Below, one piece after another: positions 24,430 to 35,949 of a stretch of DNA of 41,105 nt (the first letter of the stretch is position 1; every line of letters starts with the position of its first letter). Source of the DNA: Octopus sinensis (Eukaryota); NCBI RefSeq assembly GCF_006345805.1, contig NW_021835786.1, positions 1-41,105 on the forward strand. Reading direction: 5' to 3'. The notes below the pieces were generated by a model. That model saw only the letters and a list, made by a program, of their open reading frames with translations. It ran no database searches and was not told where the DNA came from. The position numbers and the translations under genes were made by a program.

Positions 24430-25480
24430 ACAAATTCTTTATTAGCCACAGGAGAGGAGGGGAACAACGCGTGAACAGACAACAATTTGTGTGTGGATTT
24501 ATATAAAAGATGGGCGGGGGGGGGGGGGAAGAAACGGAAATAACGGGGAAATGCAATAAAAGTATACATAATATACAAAGTATGTGATATCATGAATGAT
24601 GCAGTCCTCCTGAATATGGAGAAATTCCAGTTTGGATCAATCAAGGGGCTCCATAGATCCAGGATTACCTTAACCACCAAATGCACGGACTCTCTTTCTT
24701 GCTCTCCAATATATAGGTGCATGCTTCGAGTTGGCTCCTTCACTCTAACCGTTTTTGTCAGTTACTTGTCTTTTCTTAAATACACTGAGAATTAGTACTT
24801 CTCTCTCCACCATCACTTTTTTTCAATTGGAGCTTAAAAAATCGAGGCGAGCTTGACCATGAGACAGAGGAACACCGCCTCACCTTTCTTGTTAAAGGTC
24901 GATGGTGGGGCGATGAATGGAATCAGCTGATCATTGGATTCGTCCCACAAAGCGTTAACAGCTGTTTCGTCATATCTCCACAAGTCAGCAATACGCGGAC
25001 ACTGCTTTCGTCGCTTTGTGCGCATTTGGGAGAGTCCCGCCTGGCAGCGATTCCGTGAGTGCTCCTCTGTTGCACTGCTAAGTCAGGGATTTCTGGAAGT
25101 TACCTACGGTAGTAGTGGACTTAAAAGTCCTCCGAAATAGACCAGCTAGTTGACGCCCAGAGTTTTCCTAAGCACGTCGCCGCTCTTGTCTACCACTAGT
25201 TTTCTATATATTGCTACCGTACAACTTCCACCGACCGCATTGCCTGACTGATAGAGGACATTGAACACGTGACAACATTTCAGATACCGGTAACTTAATG
25301 TTGGTCTTTTCTTGATCAAAGATTGCAGCTCCGGCAAAGAGAGAAAACTGTGGAAGGCGTGTCTTAGTAGCGGAGACCACACCGGCTCACCGTCCAAGAA
25401 AACCTGTAAGTGGCGTATCTGTAGCGCGTGTCTGTGAATTAACAACCATGGCATGCCAAGCCAACCATCCAGGGGACATA
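24430..25480 (-). mobile_element. Tx1/L1-like LINE 3' portion with 3' UTR
   Basis: PLDGWLGMP (GGLG-like post-RT motif), homology to 1907-2465, AATAAA near the 3' end on the minus strand. Confidence 0.75.
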
Positions 25481-26094
25481 CCACCACGACTATACCTCGA
25501 TGTTTCTGCCGCCATACCATCAATATAGACATTCTTATCACTACCAGCATACCACGTTTTTACCAACCACCGGAACCACCAGTTTCACTAACGCCACCTA
25601 TGCCAAATTACAACTTCTACAAACACTCCATTATACAAAATTTTTACAACACAACCGCCATATCTCTACTACAGCCAACACTGCAGCATTCAAAAACGTA
25701 CACCTTACCATTGCACCGCGCGAAACTGCATATAGCTCCTACAAACTTGACGCTTTGGTTCCCTGCTCACAAAACCTCACCCACCCACCCCCAGTCCCTT
25801 CCACACCACTAGAACCGCCATTACCACAACCACAAGGACCTCCACCACTACCACCACCACCACTAGTACCATCATCACCACAAGGTATTTCTTTCTACAT
25901 TATGACTTCTTAATCACACACATGCACGCGCACACACACACACTTACACACACACCACACACACACCACACACACACACACACACACCACACCACACACA
26001 CACACACACACACACACACATGCAAACACGCGCAAGCACGCATGCACGTCGCCAGTGAGCCTTTAAGTCACAGGCACTCCCGCCTTTCTCGCCG

Positions 26095-26900
26095 CCATCA
26101 CCACGAGATTTACCACCAAATTCACACCTCCACCACCACCACCACAACCACCACCACCACCATCACCACCACCGGCAACAACAACAACAACAACAACAAT
26201 ACCAACACCATTCCCATCCGCTATCGCTACTATCACCATCACATCACCATCAGCCTCCCCACCACCACCACCACCACAACCACCGCGGTCACCTACATCT
26301 TCGCCACCACCATCACTGATACTACAGTTTTCATTGCTATCATCACTACTACCACCAACACCACAAGCACCGCCACCGCACCCACTACCACCGCAGCCAC
26401 CACTTCCACCATCACCAGCAAAATTTCTTCCATCCCAACTTCCACCATCACCACCACCACCACCACCATCACCACCACCACAACCATCACCACCACCACC
26501 ACCACCATCACCATCACCACCACCATCGCCACCACCCACATTGCGCCGACAGAAGTCAGTGTCCATGTGGCAAGTGTTTAAGTTGGGAGACACAAAATTA
26601 CAGAACCGTGACGCTGGGGGGGGAGGGAAGAGATGAAGGAGGGTAGCCACGGTCTACTGCGTAACAGAACAAACAATGAGACAATATTCTGCTCCATCAT
26701 CATCATCATTAGCAACAGCAGCAGTAGCACCACACCCACCACCACCACCACCACCATTACGGTATTTGTCATTAGTATTACCATAATCATTGGCACTCAT
26801 CGTCATCATAAATATCATTATCATCATCATCATTATCACCATCATCTTCATCACCACTATCATCATCGTCATTATCATCATCATTATCATTACCATCATT
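26095..26900. repeat. Degenerate (ACC)n/(ATC)n low-complexity region
   Basis: Direct reading. Complementary (GGT)n tracts at 29523-29724, 30185-30290 and 37010-37095. Confidence 0.9.
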
Positions 26901-27099
26901 ATAGAGGTGGTAGTGGGAATTGAAACACGATCGCAATATTTAGATTCTCCTAAATATATCCCTGTCTTATTTAGACGCAAGGCATCAGATTTTGGTTTAT
27001 GTTGCTACTGTGGCGTTCATGCGTTTCCGAAAGACATGAAAGAAAGACGAATCATAAATGAAATGGAATGAATTGACTCAAACATCTGACTACTTTTAG

Positions 27100-27181
27100 C
27101 TCTATTTTTAGCTTAGGTGTGCCGCCGAATTTTGAAAAGAATGTAAGTGTACCGCAGGTGAAAAAAGGGTGAAGAGCACTG
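27100..27181. mobile_element. Possible hAT MITE end
   Basis: gtgtaccgc..aaaaaagggtgaagagcactg resembles hAT termini. Partner end not found. Confidence 0.35.
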
Positions 27182-27294
27182 TTCTGCAAGGCAGCCCTCA
27201 ATCGCAATCTTTTAAAAGCAGCGACGATGAGTAACATTTGTGTCTTTCTAAAATATATTTATTGTAGAGGTTGGAGCAACACTACGTCCATCTT

Positions 27295-27470
27295 TTGTTG
27301 TTTCAGTCATTGGACAGCGGCCATGTTGAGATGCTGATTGAAAGAATTTAGTCTAACAAATCGATCCTGTACTTACATTCTTCTTTTTTTTTTATCAATT
27401 CTGGTAATTATTCTATCGGTTCCTTTTGCTGGACCGCTAATTTAAGGGGGCGTAAGCAAACCGGCTACCG
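27295..27470 (-). mobile_element. SINE B 3' half, degenerate
   Basis: tttcagtcattggacagcggccatg..ttattctatcggt..ttgctggaccgctaa. Confidence 0.7.
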
Positions 27471-28020
27471 CTTGATAACTAGTATTGGTTTGTTTTTATA
27501 TATGGCTTTCTCTTCATGCTCATATTCCCGCCTCTTTCACTTCACTCTGTCCCTTTCAGTTTTTTTTCGCACCTCCTTAATTCTTCTATCCTTCTGCGTT
27601 TACCTCTCTCTCTTCTTTCCCCACGTGACCGATGTTCGGCCAAGCCTGACCTTTCTTTCTTAGTTTGACTACCATCCATGCAACATCTATATTCCTCCAT
27701 GTGCCTGACAAATCTTATGTCCCTGCCGTAAGGTTTTACTTCCACACACGCCAGCTTAATTTAATTCGTCCTTAGTCGAAAGACACCCGTTGTTATGTCC
27801 TGTTATTTCTATTTGTGTACCATTTCTCCGTTTTTTCCATCCTTGTTTTCGTATACATTCGCTGCTTTCTTCCAAGGAATCTAGTGCTCTTAGCTTAGTT
27901 TTTTCCATGGGGCTGGCCAGATTGGAGCAATTTCATTATTCTTTCGGAGTCAACAAATGAACTCCCAACGTAGAAGGATAAAACTGACGAGTGAATGAGG
28001 AGGGGGCGTTTTCTTACCTT

Positions 28021-28052
<32 letters not shown>

Positions 28053-30614
28053 GCTCCCTCTCTCTCTCTCGGTCTCCCTTTGTCTCTCTGTCTCTCTGTC
28101 TTTCTCACTCATCCACTTTTACTCTTTCTCTGAATCAGCTACGCTGCTCAACTCCTTACCTAATGGTAGAGTCCCAACGGCGTGTAAAGAGCTATATTAT
28201 TTCAGACAAATACTAAGAAAGTAGTATGAATATGGTTGATCGAATAGACCCTATGATATTACTGCTACTTACAAGTTAGAACCAATTAGAGAATCTCTAC
28301 ATCAGAGATTTGCGTTTGAAATCCTTTATTTTTAACTTTGGTAAATACATAACACTGAAGATTTAGATTTGACTGTTTTAAAAAAATTATGATTTTCGCA
28401 ACTCAGCTTCATAACTAGAATATAAATGTTACTTGTTTGCATTTATTTGGCATCGCGTTTGAACTGCCGTCCTTCTGAGAGTAACTTAGACTCCAGGTGG
28501 GTTCCCAGATGTAAGTTAGTGACGTAAATCTAGAAAGTTCCAAAACGTTTAGGATTTATCTTCTACAGTACGAAATGTTGAAATATTGGTTGTTAAGTTT
28601 AACGGTAAATTGTGTGAATACCACATCACAAGAAAACTGTGCGGGATACAGCCGCACCCTGTGTTTTTGGATTATTTTGGAAATGTTTTAATTGCTGCAA
28701 CTTCTAGTTAGTAAAATATCGCACACGAAATCAAGCAGCATTTTATTGCTCGATACCCACGGGCCGGGTGGACACCATAGTTTTGTTTGGATACTCCGGG
28801 TGGAATAGTTTTGGCCCGTGGGATGGGTTTGTCTGGGGTGCAATAGTTTGGCGAATGCTACTTTATGTGGTTACTCAATTTGAATGAAAGAACAACCAAA
28901 TCTCTCTTATATCACACACACACACCCTACCTATTTAAAAAGGACATATTTTTTATATATATTCCTTGATTCATTGTCTGAAAAAGTTGGGCTGTTCAGA
29001 ATAAAATGCCTTTGATCCAAGCTTTATTCAGCCAGGACTCACCTGGGACTCAAAAAACAACAATGGTGACAACAAACGCTTATTTTAACAATAATAGACA
29101 TATATAAGTGGAAAATTTAGCAAAGCTAACCCGGGCGCGGTTTGAACCCTTAAAAGCAGAATAAAAAAAAATGCAAAGTAGGATGCTGTAAGTGCTCCAT
29201 CCTGTCCTCTCTCTACCTTACTGGCTAAAACAAACTGAAGGACATTAAACCGGTGCTTCTGTCAACACGCCACCTTATTAAATATTCATTGCTTCACTTA
29301 TGCATCGCTAACTCCTGTCCCAAGAGCATCGTAAATGGGTCACCAGAAGGAGTTTCTTCCCTTTGGCTGTGCTCTTTCGGCTCGGTCCTCTTTGTTTGAA
29401 AAGTTCTGGCTTTTGTAACAATTAAAAGACATTTTGGCAAAGTGTGGAGGCGGTGCACTTGGGTTGTTCTACAAAGGATGTCAAAGGTTATAGTCGTTGG
29501 CACACGTCGGAGGCGGTCATGATGGTGGTGGTGGTAGTGGTGGTGGTGGTGGTGGTGGTGGTGGTGGTGGTGGTTTAGGTGGTGGTGGTGGTGGTGGTGG
29601 TGGGTGCATTTAATTGCAGTGTGGATGTTCATCATGATGAAGATGAAGACGAGAAAGAAGAGAGAAAGTTGTGGTTGTGGTGGTGATGGTGGTGGTGGTG
29701 GTGGTGGTGGTGGTGGTGGTGGTGGCCGGGTACTGGTAGTGACGGGGAGTGGGGTAGCGTTTTGGTATTGATGGTGGTTTACGCCCAACTCACTTGGGGG
29801 AAACAACTGGTTTCGGTTTGGAGTGGATCAAAGGAGGTGTATGATCATTCGGAAGGTAAAGATCAACCGGGGTGTCGGAAGGGTTTCGTTACGTCGGCGT
29901 GGGCTTTGGTGAAAATACAGATGATGATGATGATGATGTGGGTAGTGAAAGTGGGTGAAGATGGTGGCGATGGTGGTGGTGCTGGTGCTGTGAAGATGGG
30001 GGCTGTTATAGTTCGGATATTATGATGATGGGTCTTGTTGTTGTTTTCTCGTTATTATTGTTATTCGTAAGAACGTATTTGGATTGATGAGGACGATGGT
30101 GATGATGATGATGATGAGAACGACAACGATGACGATAGCGCTCCGATCATGATGGCGGCGGCAGCGCTAGCAGCGACGGCGGCGGTGGTAGTTGGGGTGG
30201 TGGTGGTGGTGGTGGTGGTGGTGGTGGTGGTGGTATTGGTGGTAGTGGTTGTGGTGGTGGTGGTGGTAGTGGTGGTGGTGGTGGTGGTGGAATTAATTGC
30301 ATTGTTGGTGTTGGGGGGAGGTGTTAATGTTGGAAGAGGTTGTGGCGGTGCTAATGTTGGCGTTAGAAGTTGAATGGAGGTAGATTAAACAAATTCATAG
30401 CGTACGTTTAGGATAGAGGAATAAACCAATGTATTTATTCGGAAACATTAAACGGAATTTTAATAATTAGGTAAATGAATACGTAGATAATCTCATAATT
30501 GGCTTGTTCGTTATTTTATTAACGACAACAGACTGCTCAATCGATTCTCGCAGGATTTGAACTCAGAACACAAAAATACTTAAATGACTTGTTCGTATTT
30601 GCTTAGTTGTGATT

Positions 30615-30659
<45 letters not shown>

Positions 30660-30866
30660 TATTAAGTGTATGAGTATGAGTAAGTGGAAGTCAGGTAAAA
30701 GATCGCCTGCGGGATTAGAATGCCGTGTCTACTGTAAACCGTAGAGCCGTAGAAACCACAACACTAAAGAGACATCACAGCTGTGAGCATCCAGATTAGA
30801 AGATTTAATAAATAACAGTGGCCTGTCAACGGGGATATCAATCTGCGTAGTATCAAGACGTGATAT

Positions 30867-30899
<33 letters not shown>

Positions 30900-30914
30900 T
30901 ATAGATATATCTAT

Positions 30915-31331
30915 ATTACTTTTACTCTTTTCTCTCTTTTACTTGTTTCAGTCATTTTGACTGCGGCCATGCTGGAGCACCGCCTTTAATCGAGCAACTC
31001 GACCAAGGGACTTATTCTTTTGTAAGCCCAGTACTTATTCTATCGGTCCATTTGCCGAACCGCTAATAACGGGGACATAAACACACCAAACATCGGTTGT
31101 CAGCAATGCTAGGGGGACAAATACAGACACACAAATACACCACGCACATATATATATATTACATATATACAACGAGCTTCTTTCAATTTCCGTCTACCAA
31201 ATCCATTCACAAGGCTTTGGTCGGCCCGAGGCTATAGTAGAAGACACTTGCCCAAGGTGCCACGCAGTGGGACTGAACCCGAAACCATGTGGTTGGTAAA
31301 CAAGCTACTTACCACACAGCCACTCCTGCGG
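30915..31331 (-). mobile_element. Full-length CORE-type SINE B with internal microsatellite
   Basis: Minus strand A box TGGCTGTGTGG, B box GGTTCAGTCCC, caccttgggcaagtgtctt, internal (TA)/(TG) tract, short-repeat tail. Confidence 0.9.
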
Positions 31332-31332
31332 C

Positions 31333-31374
<42 letters not shown>

Positions 31375-31379
31375 AAGAG

Positions 31380-31505
31380 TTCAAATGTGCAGAAAGCAAA
31401 AGCGAGAGACAGGTGTGGGAACAACAAGCAGGTGTATTAGTTTGACGCTTGATAAAAATGGAAAAGTCTTTGATATTTCAAACCTACGCTCTTCGATAGA
31501 AAGGA
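31380..31505 (-). mobile_element. Decayed copy of the 12455-12670 element
   Basis: tgtattagtttgacgct..aagtctttgatatttcaaacctacgctcttcgatagaaag aligns with tgtattagtatgtcgct..aagtcttttacgtttcgagcctacgctcttcaacagaaag. Confidence 0.6.
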
Positions 31506-31642
31506 GTGATGGGGTGGGTTGGGGGGGGGGAGATGCGCAGAGTGTTTTTAAAGGTAGAAATTTCGGATTTACATGAAATATTTTGTATAATATATATAAA
31601 TAAATAAATGAAGTTAAACGCAAGTGTTATTCAAATTCTTTT

Positions 31643-31731
31643 ACTTCCGACACATGTTTCGAAGATATCACTGGTTTTATTCCAAAGGAATAATATGGTG
31701 TAAAACAAAGTAATCTTCTCTTCAGGGAAGT
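31643..31731 (-). ncRNA. Type I hammerhead ribozyme (canonical core, minimal palindromic stem III, extended stem II)
   Basis: Minus strand reads ACUUCC-CUGAAGA-GAAGAU..(46 nt)..AUCUUC-GAAA-C-AUGU-G-UC^GGAAGU: 6-bp stem I, CUGANGA, 6-bp stem II base, GAAA, GUC cleavage triplet, ACAUGU palindrome. Confidence 0.85.
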
Positions 31732-32964
31732 GAAGAAATGAAACTCATCAATAAGACATTTTAACAGAAAATGATGGATATGTATAGTGATTAAATGGAC
31801 GCTGCTAAGATTGTTTCATAAAAACGTTATAGGATATAACGTCAGTGGTAGGCTATAGAAAGAGGAGGGATAAAGGAAAGAAAAACTAAATAAATGAGAA
31901 GTATATGACTATATGTATATTAAATAAAACCCTATAGTCTTGGAAAAAGATATATCTAGGGAATGTGAAATGTAAGGAGAAAATTATTTTATAAATTATA
32001 TATAATGATAGATATCACTTATATGAACTGTCCACATTTTATATCAGACCGAAATACTACTTTTAGTATTCTATTGACAAAGAGGAACAGGGAAATAGAG
32101 ATACAAATGAGAAAAAGTAAATAAATAAAGGGAAATAAATAATAATAATAATTATTATTATTATTATTAATATTATAAATGTATATATGATTGTGTATGT
32201 GTGTGTGATGTAATTTCATTATAGTCTGAATGTGTATAAATCGTTTGGTTAAAAGTGTAACAACTATTGGATTGATGTATTTATCATTATTTATAAATGT
32301 ATATGCGCATACAATGTGTAATTATAGAATAAATATTGAAAGTATTTCTGTAATGGTATTATTAGACGCGAATAGACATATCGCAAATGTGAAGATCTAT
32401 GCAGGTAGGTACGAACAAACCTTATAAGTTTATCTTATAGAATTAAATTCCTTTTTAAGCATAAACTCATAATTCCAAATAAATGGATATAAATAGGAAG
32501 TATTCATATACGAACGTGATTGTAGCTTTCGTGTGAGAAATAGCATGAATGGGTAGACATTCATGAGAATGGAAAGTGCGAGTGTATGTTTCCATAAATA
32601 TGTATGTTTACACACATGTATGTATACACATATGTATGTACATTAGTGTTGCATAAATCCATATGTATATGTACGTGCGTGTAGATAGATTTGTTGGTTT
32701 AATAGCCCCCCCTTAATGACTTTAAAAACAACAGGGTAAAGATTGTGGTAGGGATACTTTATATCTAAAATTACTCCTGTAGGGGTGACAGGTTTTGGTA
32801 TCCTGCCCAGTTGACTGGTTTTCTTTGTAGTGGAACGGTAGCAGACACAAGAGACGGGTAATTGTTAGAGGTTATCTTTTTATAACATTCTTATTTTAAA
32901 ATGTTCCTTTTCCATTTCCTAAAATTCCAAACAAGTCTGTGGCTGAAGATCGAATAAATATGCG

Positions 32965-33240
32965 CTTTACTCTTTTACTTGCTTCAGTCATTTGACTGCA
33001 TATATATTATATATATATATATATAGATATAGATAGAGATAAGAGAGAGAGAGACAGAGAGAGAGAGAGAGGAGAGGGGGGGAGAGAGAAGGGGTTTTGA
33101 GGAAGAAATCGACTCTCAGGACTTATTTGTTGTAGACCTAGAACTTATTCTATCAGCGGCTTTTGCCGAACCGTTAAGTACGGGGAGGGATGTAAACACA
33201 CTAACACCGGTTGGGGGACACAGACACAAACACCACACAC
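32965..33240 (-). mobile_element. SINE B 3' half split by a (TA)n(GA)n tract
   Basis: ttcagtcatttgactgc at ~32983, resuming at ~33095 with aatcgactctcaggactta..ttttgccgaaccgttaag. Confidence 0.7.
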
Positions 33241-33248
33241 ATATGTAT

Positions 33249-33279
<31 letters not shown>

Positions 33280-33327
33280 GATATATATATATATATATAT
33301 ATAGATATATATATATATTATATATAT

Positions 33328-33393
<66 letters not shown>

Positions 33394-33495
33394 TTTCAGA
33401 AAAAAATTAGATTCAGATGAATATGGTACTGAAGATTAAAGTTACCAGAAATGGTATGGTATCCATATAAATCAAATGGGGTGATTATAATCAAA

Positions 33496-33608
33496 ATAAG
33501 CAACAAGGATATCCAAGGTAGTGTAGTACAATCGTTCATGCTACTCATTTATTAAATGAAGTAGCATGAAACGATTGTACTACACTACCTTGGATATTCT
33601 TGTTGCTT

Positions 33609-33610
<2 letters not shown>
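33496..33610. repeat. Near-perfect 115-bp palindrome
   Basis: Arms of 56-58 nt differ by one substitution and two 1-nt indels; 1-nt spacer. Confidence 0.95.
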
Positions 33611-33668
<58 letters not shown>

Positions 33669-33925
33669 GTATATATATATATTTATATTAAAATGTATGT
33701 AATTTGTATGCTCGTACGTATTTTTATACATACATACATACATACATACATACACATGTGTAAGTGTATATCTTACACTACAATCATTGTTTCAAAATTA
33801 ACAATAACAAATATGAATATAATTAGTGTAATTAGTTTGTAAATATGAATATAATTGGTTGCTATCGCAACAAAATAGTTACATATATTGTTGTTTTACT
33901 TATTCATAGCTGACGGCAGTCACCC

Positions 33926-33957
<32 letters not shown>

Positions 33958-33962
33958 GTGTT

Positions 33963-33997
<35 letters not shown>

Positions 33998-34894
33998 TAT
34001 TGTTGTTAGTATTGATGTTGCTGTGTTTAATAGAGAGACTTATGTCTCATTTATTGGCAATCAACTGAGAGGGAGCTGGAGAGCCAGGCACACCCAGGCA
34101 TACAAACAATTGTAACACGTATACGCACGCACATATTGATACACACACACACACACACACACACTCAAACTCACACACACACACTCGCACACACACACAC
34201 ATGCACATGCACGCAGATATACATAGGCGCATTAGGAGACGCATAAGATTGAAAACATCTGCTACTTATATGAACTAGAAACGAATAAATGGATACAGAA
34301 GCAAGTCGAAAGATTCGCTAAAACAATATATAAGCATAAAAATGAGATAAATGGAATAAATGTAAAACTTAGGAGGAGCAGTAAATGGAAGAAATAGAAA
34401 TTAGAAAATCGTGCCTAGGTTTTTTTCAGTCCAGATACGATTAGAAAAGTTTGTCTGAGAGAGCGGGGAGAGGAGATATAGGGAGGGAGAGAGAAAGAGG
34501 GAGGAGAGAGAGAGAGGGAAGGAGACAGCGAGAGAGAGAGATGGTGTGTGTGTGTGTGTGTGTGGTGTGTGTGTGTGTGTGTGTATGTGTGTGTATGTGT
34601 AAGTTTGTCTTTGTGTATCTGTGAGTGTGTGTATAAGTTTGTAATTGTGCATGCGTCAGTGTGTGCGTGTGTGTATCTGTCAATATGCCAGTGTGTATAT
34701 ATGTGTGCTTGTCTTTGTGCGTGTCCGTGAGTGTGTGTGTGTGTATGTGTGTAAATTTGTTTTTGTGTGTATGTGTCAGTGTGTTAGTGTGTGCATGCGT
34801 GTATGAGTATGTGTATGCTCGCGCGCATACATACATAAACCTAGACACATACACTGGATGGCGGAGTAAGGGATTTATTGTTCCAATACCATTT

Positions 34895-35504
34895 AGGCTG
34901 GTGAGATGGCAGAATCGTTAGCACGCCGGACGAAATGTTTAGCGGCATTTTTTCGTTCGCCTTTCCGTCTAGAGTTCAAATGTCTCATTTGAAGGCCGAT
35001 AAAACAAGTACCAGTGGAGCACTGGGGTCGATGAAACCGACTAGTCCCCTCCCCCAAGAAGTCAGGCCTTCTTCCTGTAGTAAAAAGGATTATTACAATA
35101 AGTTTTATGGTGGCGGAATGGCAGAATCATCGGCACTCTGGGACGAAATGCTGAACGGCATATCCCAACCCTATACGTCTTGAGTTCAAATGTCACCCAG
35201 GTTGACTTTTATTCTATCGGGAGGTCGATGAAATAAACACCAGTCGAGCACTAAGATCGATGTAATCAACTATTCTCCTTCACCAAAAGTTTCAAGCCTT
35301 ATACCTATTTCTTTACTACCCACAAGGGGCTAAACATAGAGGGGACAAACAAGGACAGACAAACGGATTAAGTCGATTACATCGACCCCAGTGCGTAACT
35401 AGAAATTATTTAATCGACCCCGAAAGGATGAAAGGCAAAGTCGACCTCGGCGGAATTTGAACTCAGAACGTAGCGGCAGAACGTAGCGGCAAGCCTTATA
35501 CCTA
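34895..35504. mobile_element. SINE A cluster: two plus-strand copies and a nested minus-strand copy with 15-bp TSD
   Basis: TSD caagccttataccta at 35293-35307 and 35490-35504. Confidence 0.85.
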
Positions 35505-35949
35505 AAGAAGAAAGAATTACTACAATACCATTTCTAGACAGAACCACAATAGTTCCAGCCCTCACTCGTTCGGTTTCCCAATAATATATTTTCCTGTAAT
35601 ATTTAACCAATTCATGTATTGGTCATCTCTTACTATAGTAAAAGATGGCCAATCTTACTAAAGAGTTAGAATATCCAATAATCATGTGAATCTACTTCAT
35701 AATAACTGATTTAATTTTACTTGTGAAACGTCAAAGGATTCCTCTAAACACGTCATTGTAACAAGAGTCGGGGAAAGAACTGGTAAATCGCTTACCATTC
35801 TATCTGCAATGAGTCACTAATTAATCTCTCTGAGTAACAGACGTACGATTTGTTTTTGATTCTTTGTTTTTTTTTTTGGCGGGGGAGGGGGGTATTTTTT
35901 GTTTGTTTTGTATTTTTCCAACAGCCATTTCTTGTCATTTTCTTGTCTT

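Noticed and set aside
25922-26650. 219-aa Thr/His-rich and 195-aa Gly-rich ORFs
   Set aside because: Translations of (CA)n and (ACC)n repeats, open in several frames on both strands.
29294-29806. Poly-Pro/poly-His ORF resembling a transcription factor
   Set aside because: Derived from (GGT)n, with no DNA-binding domain or splice support.
32740-32955. Possible Penelope GIY-YIG remnant upstream of the HHR
   Set aside because: Only a vague LVWNF resemblance amid stops; no GIY/YIG motif seen.
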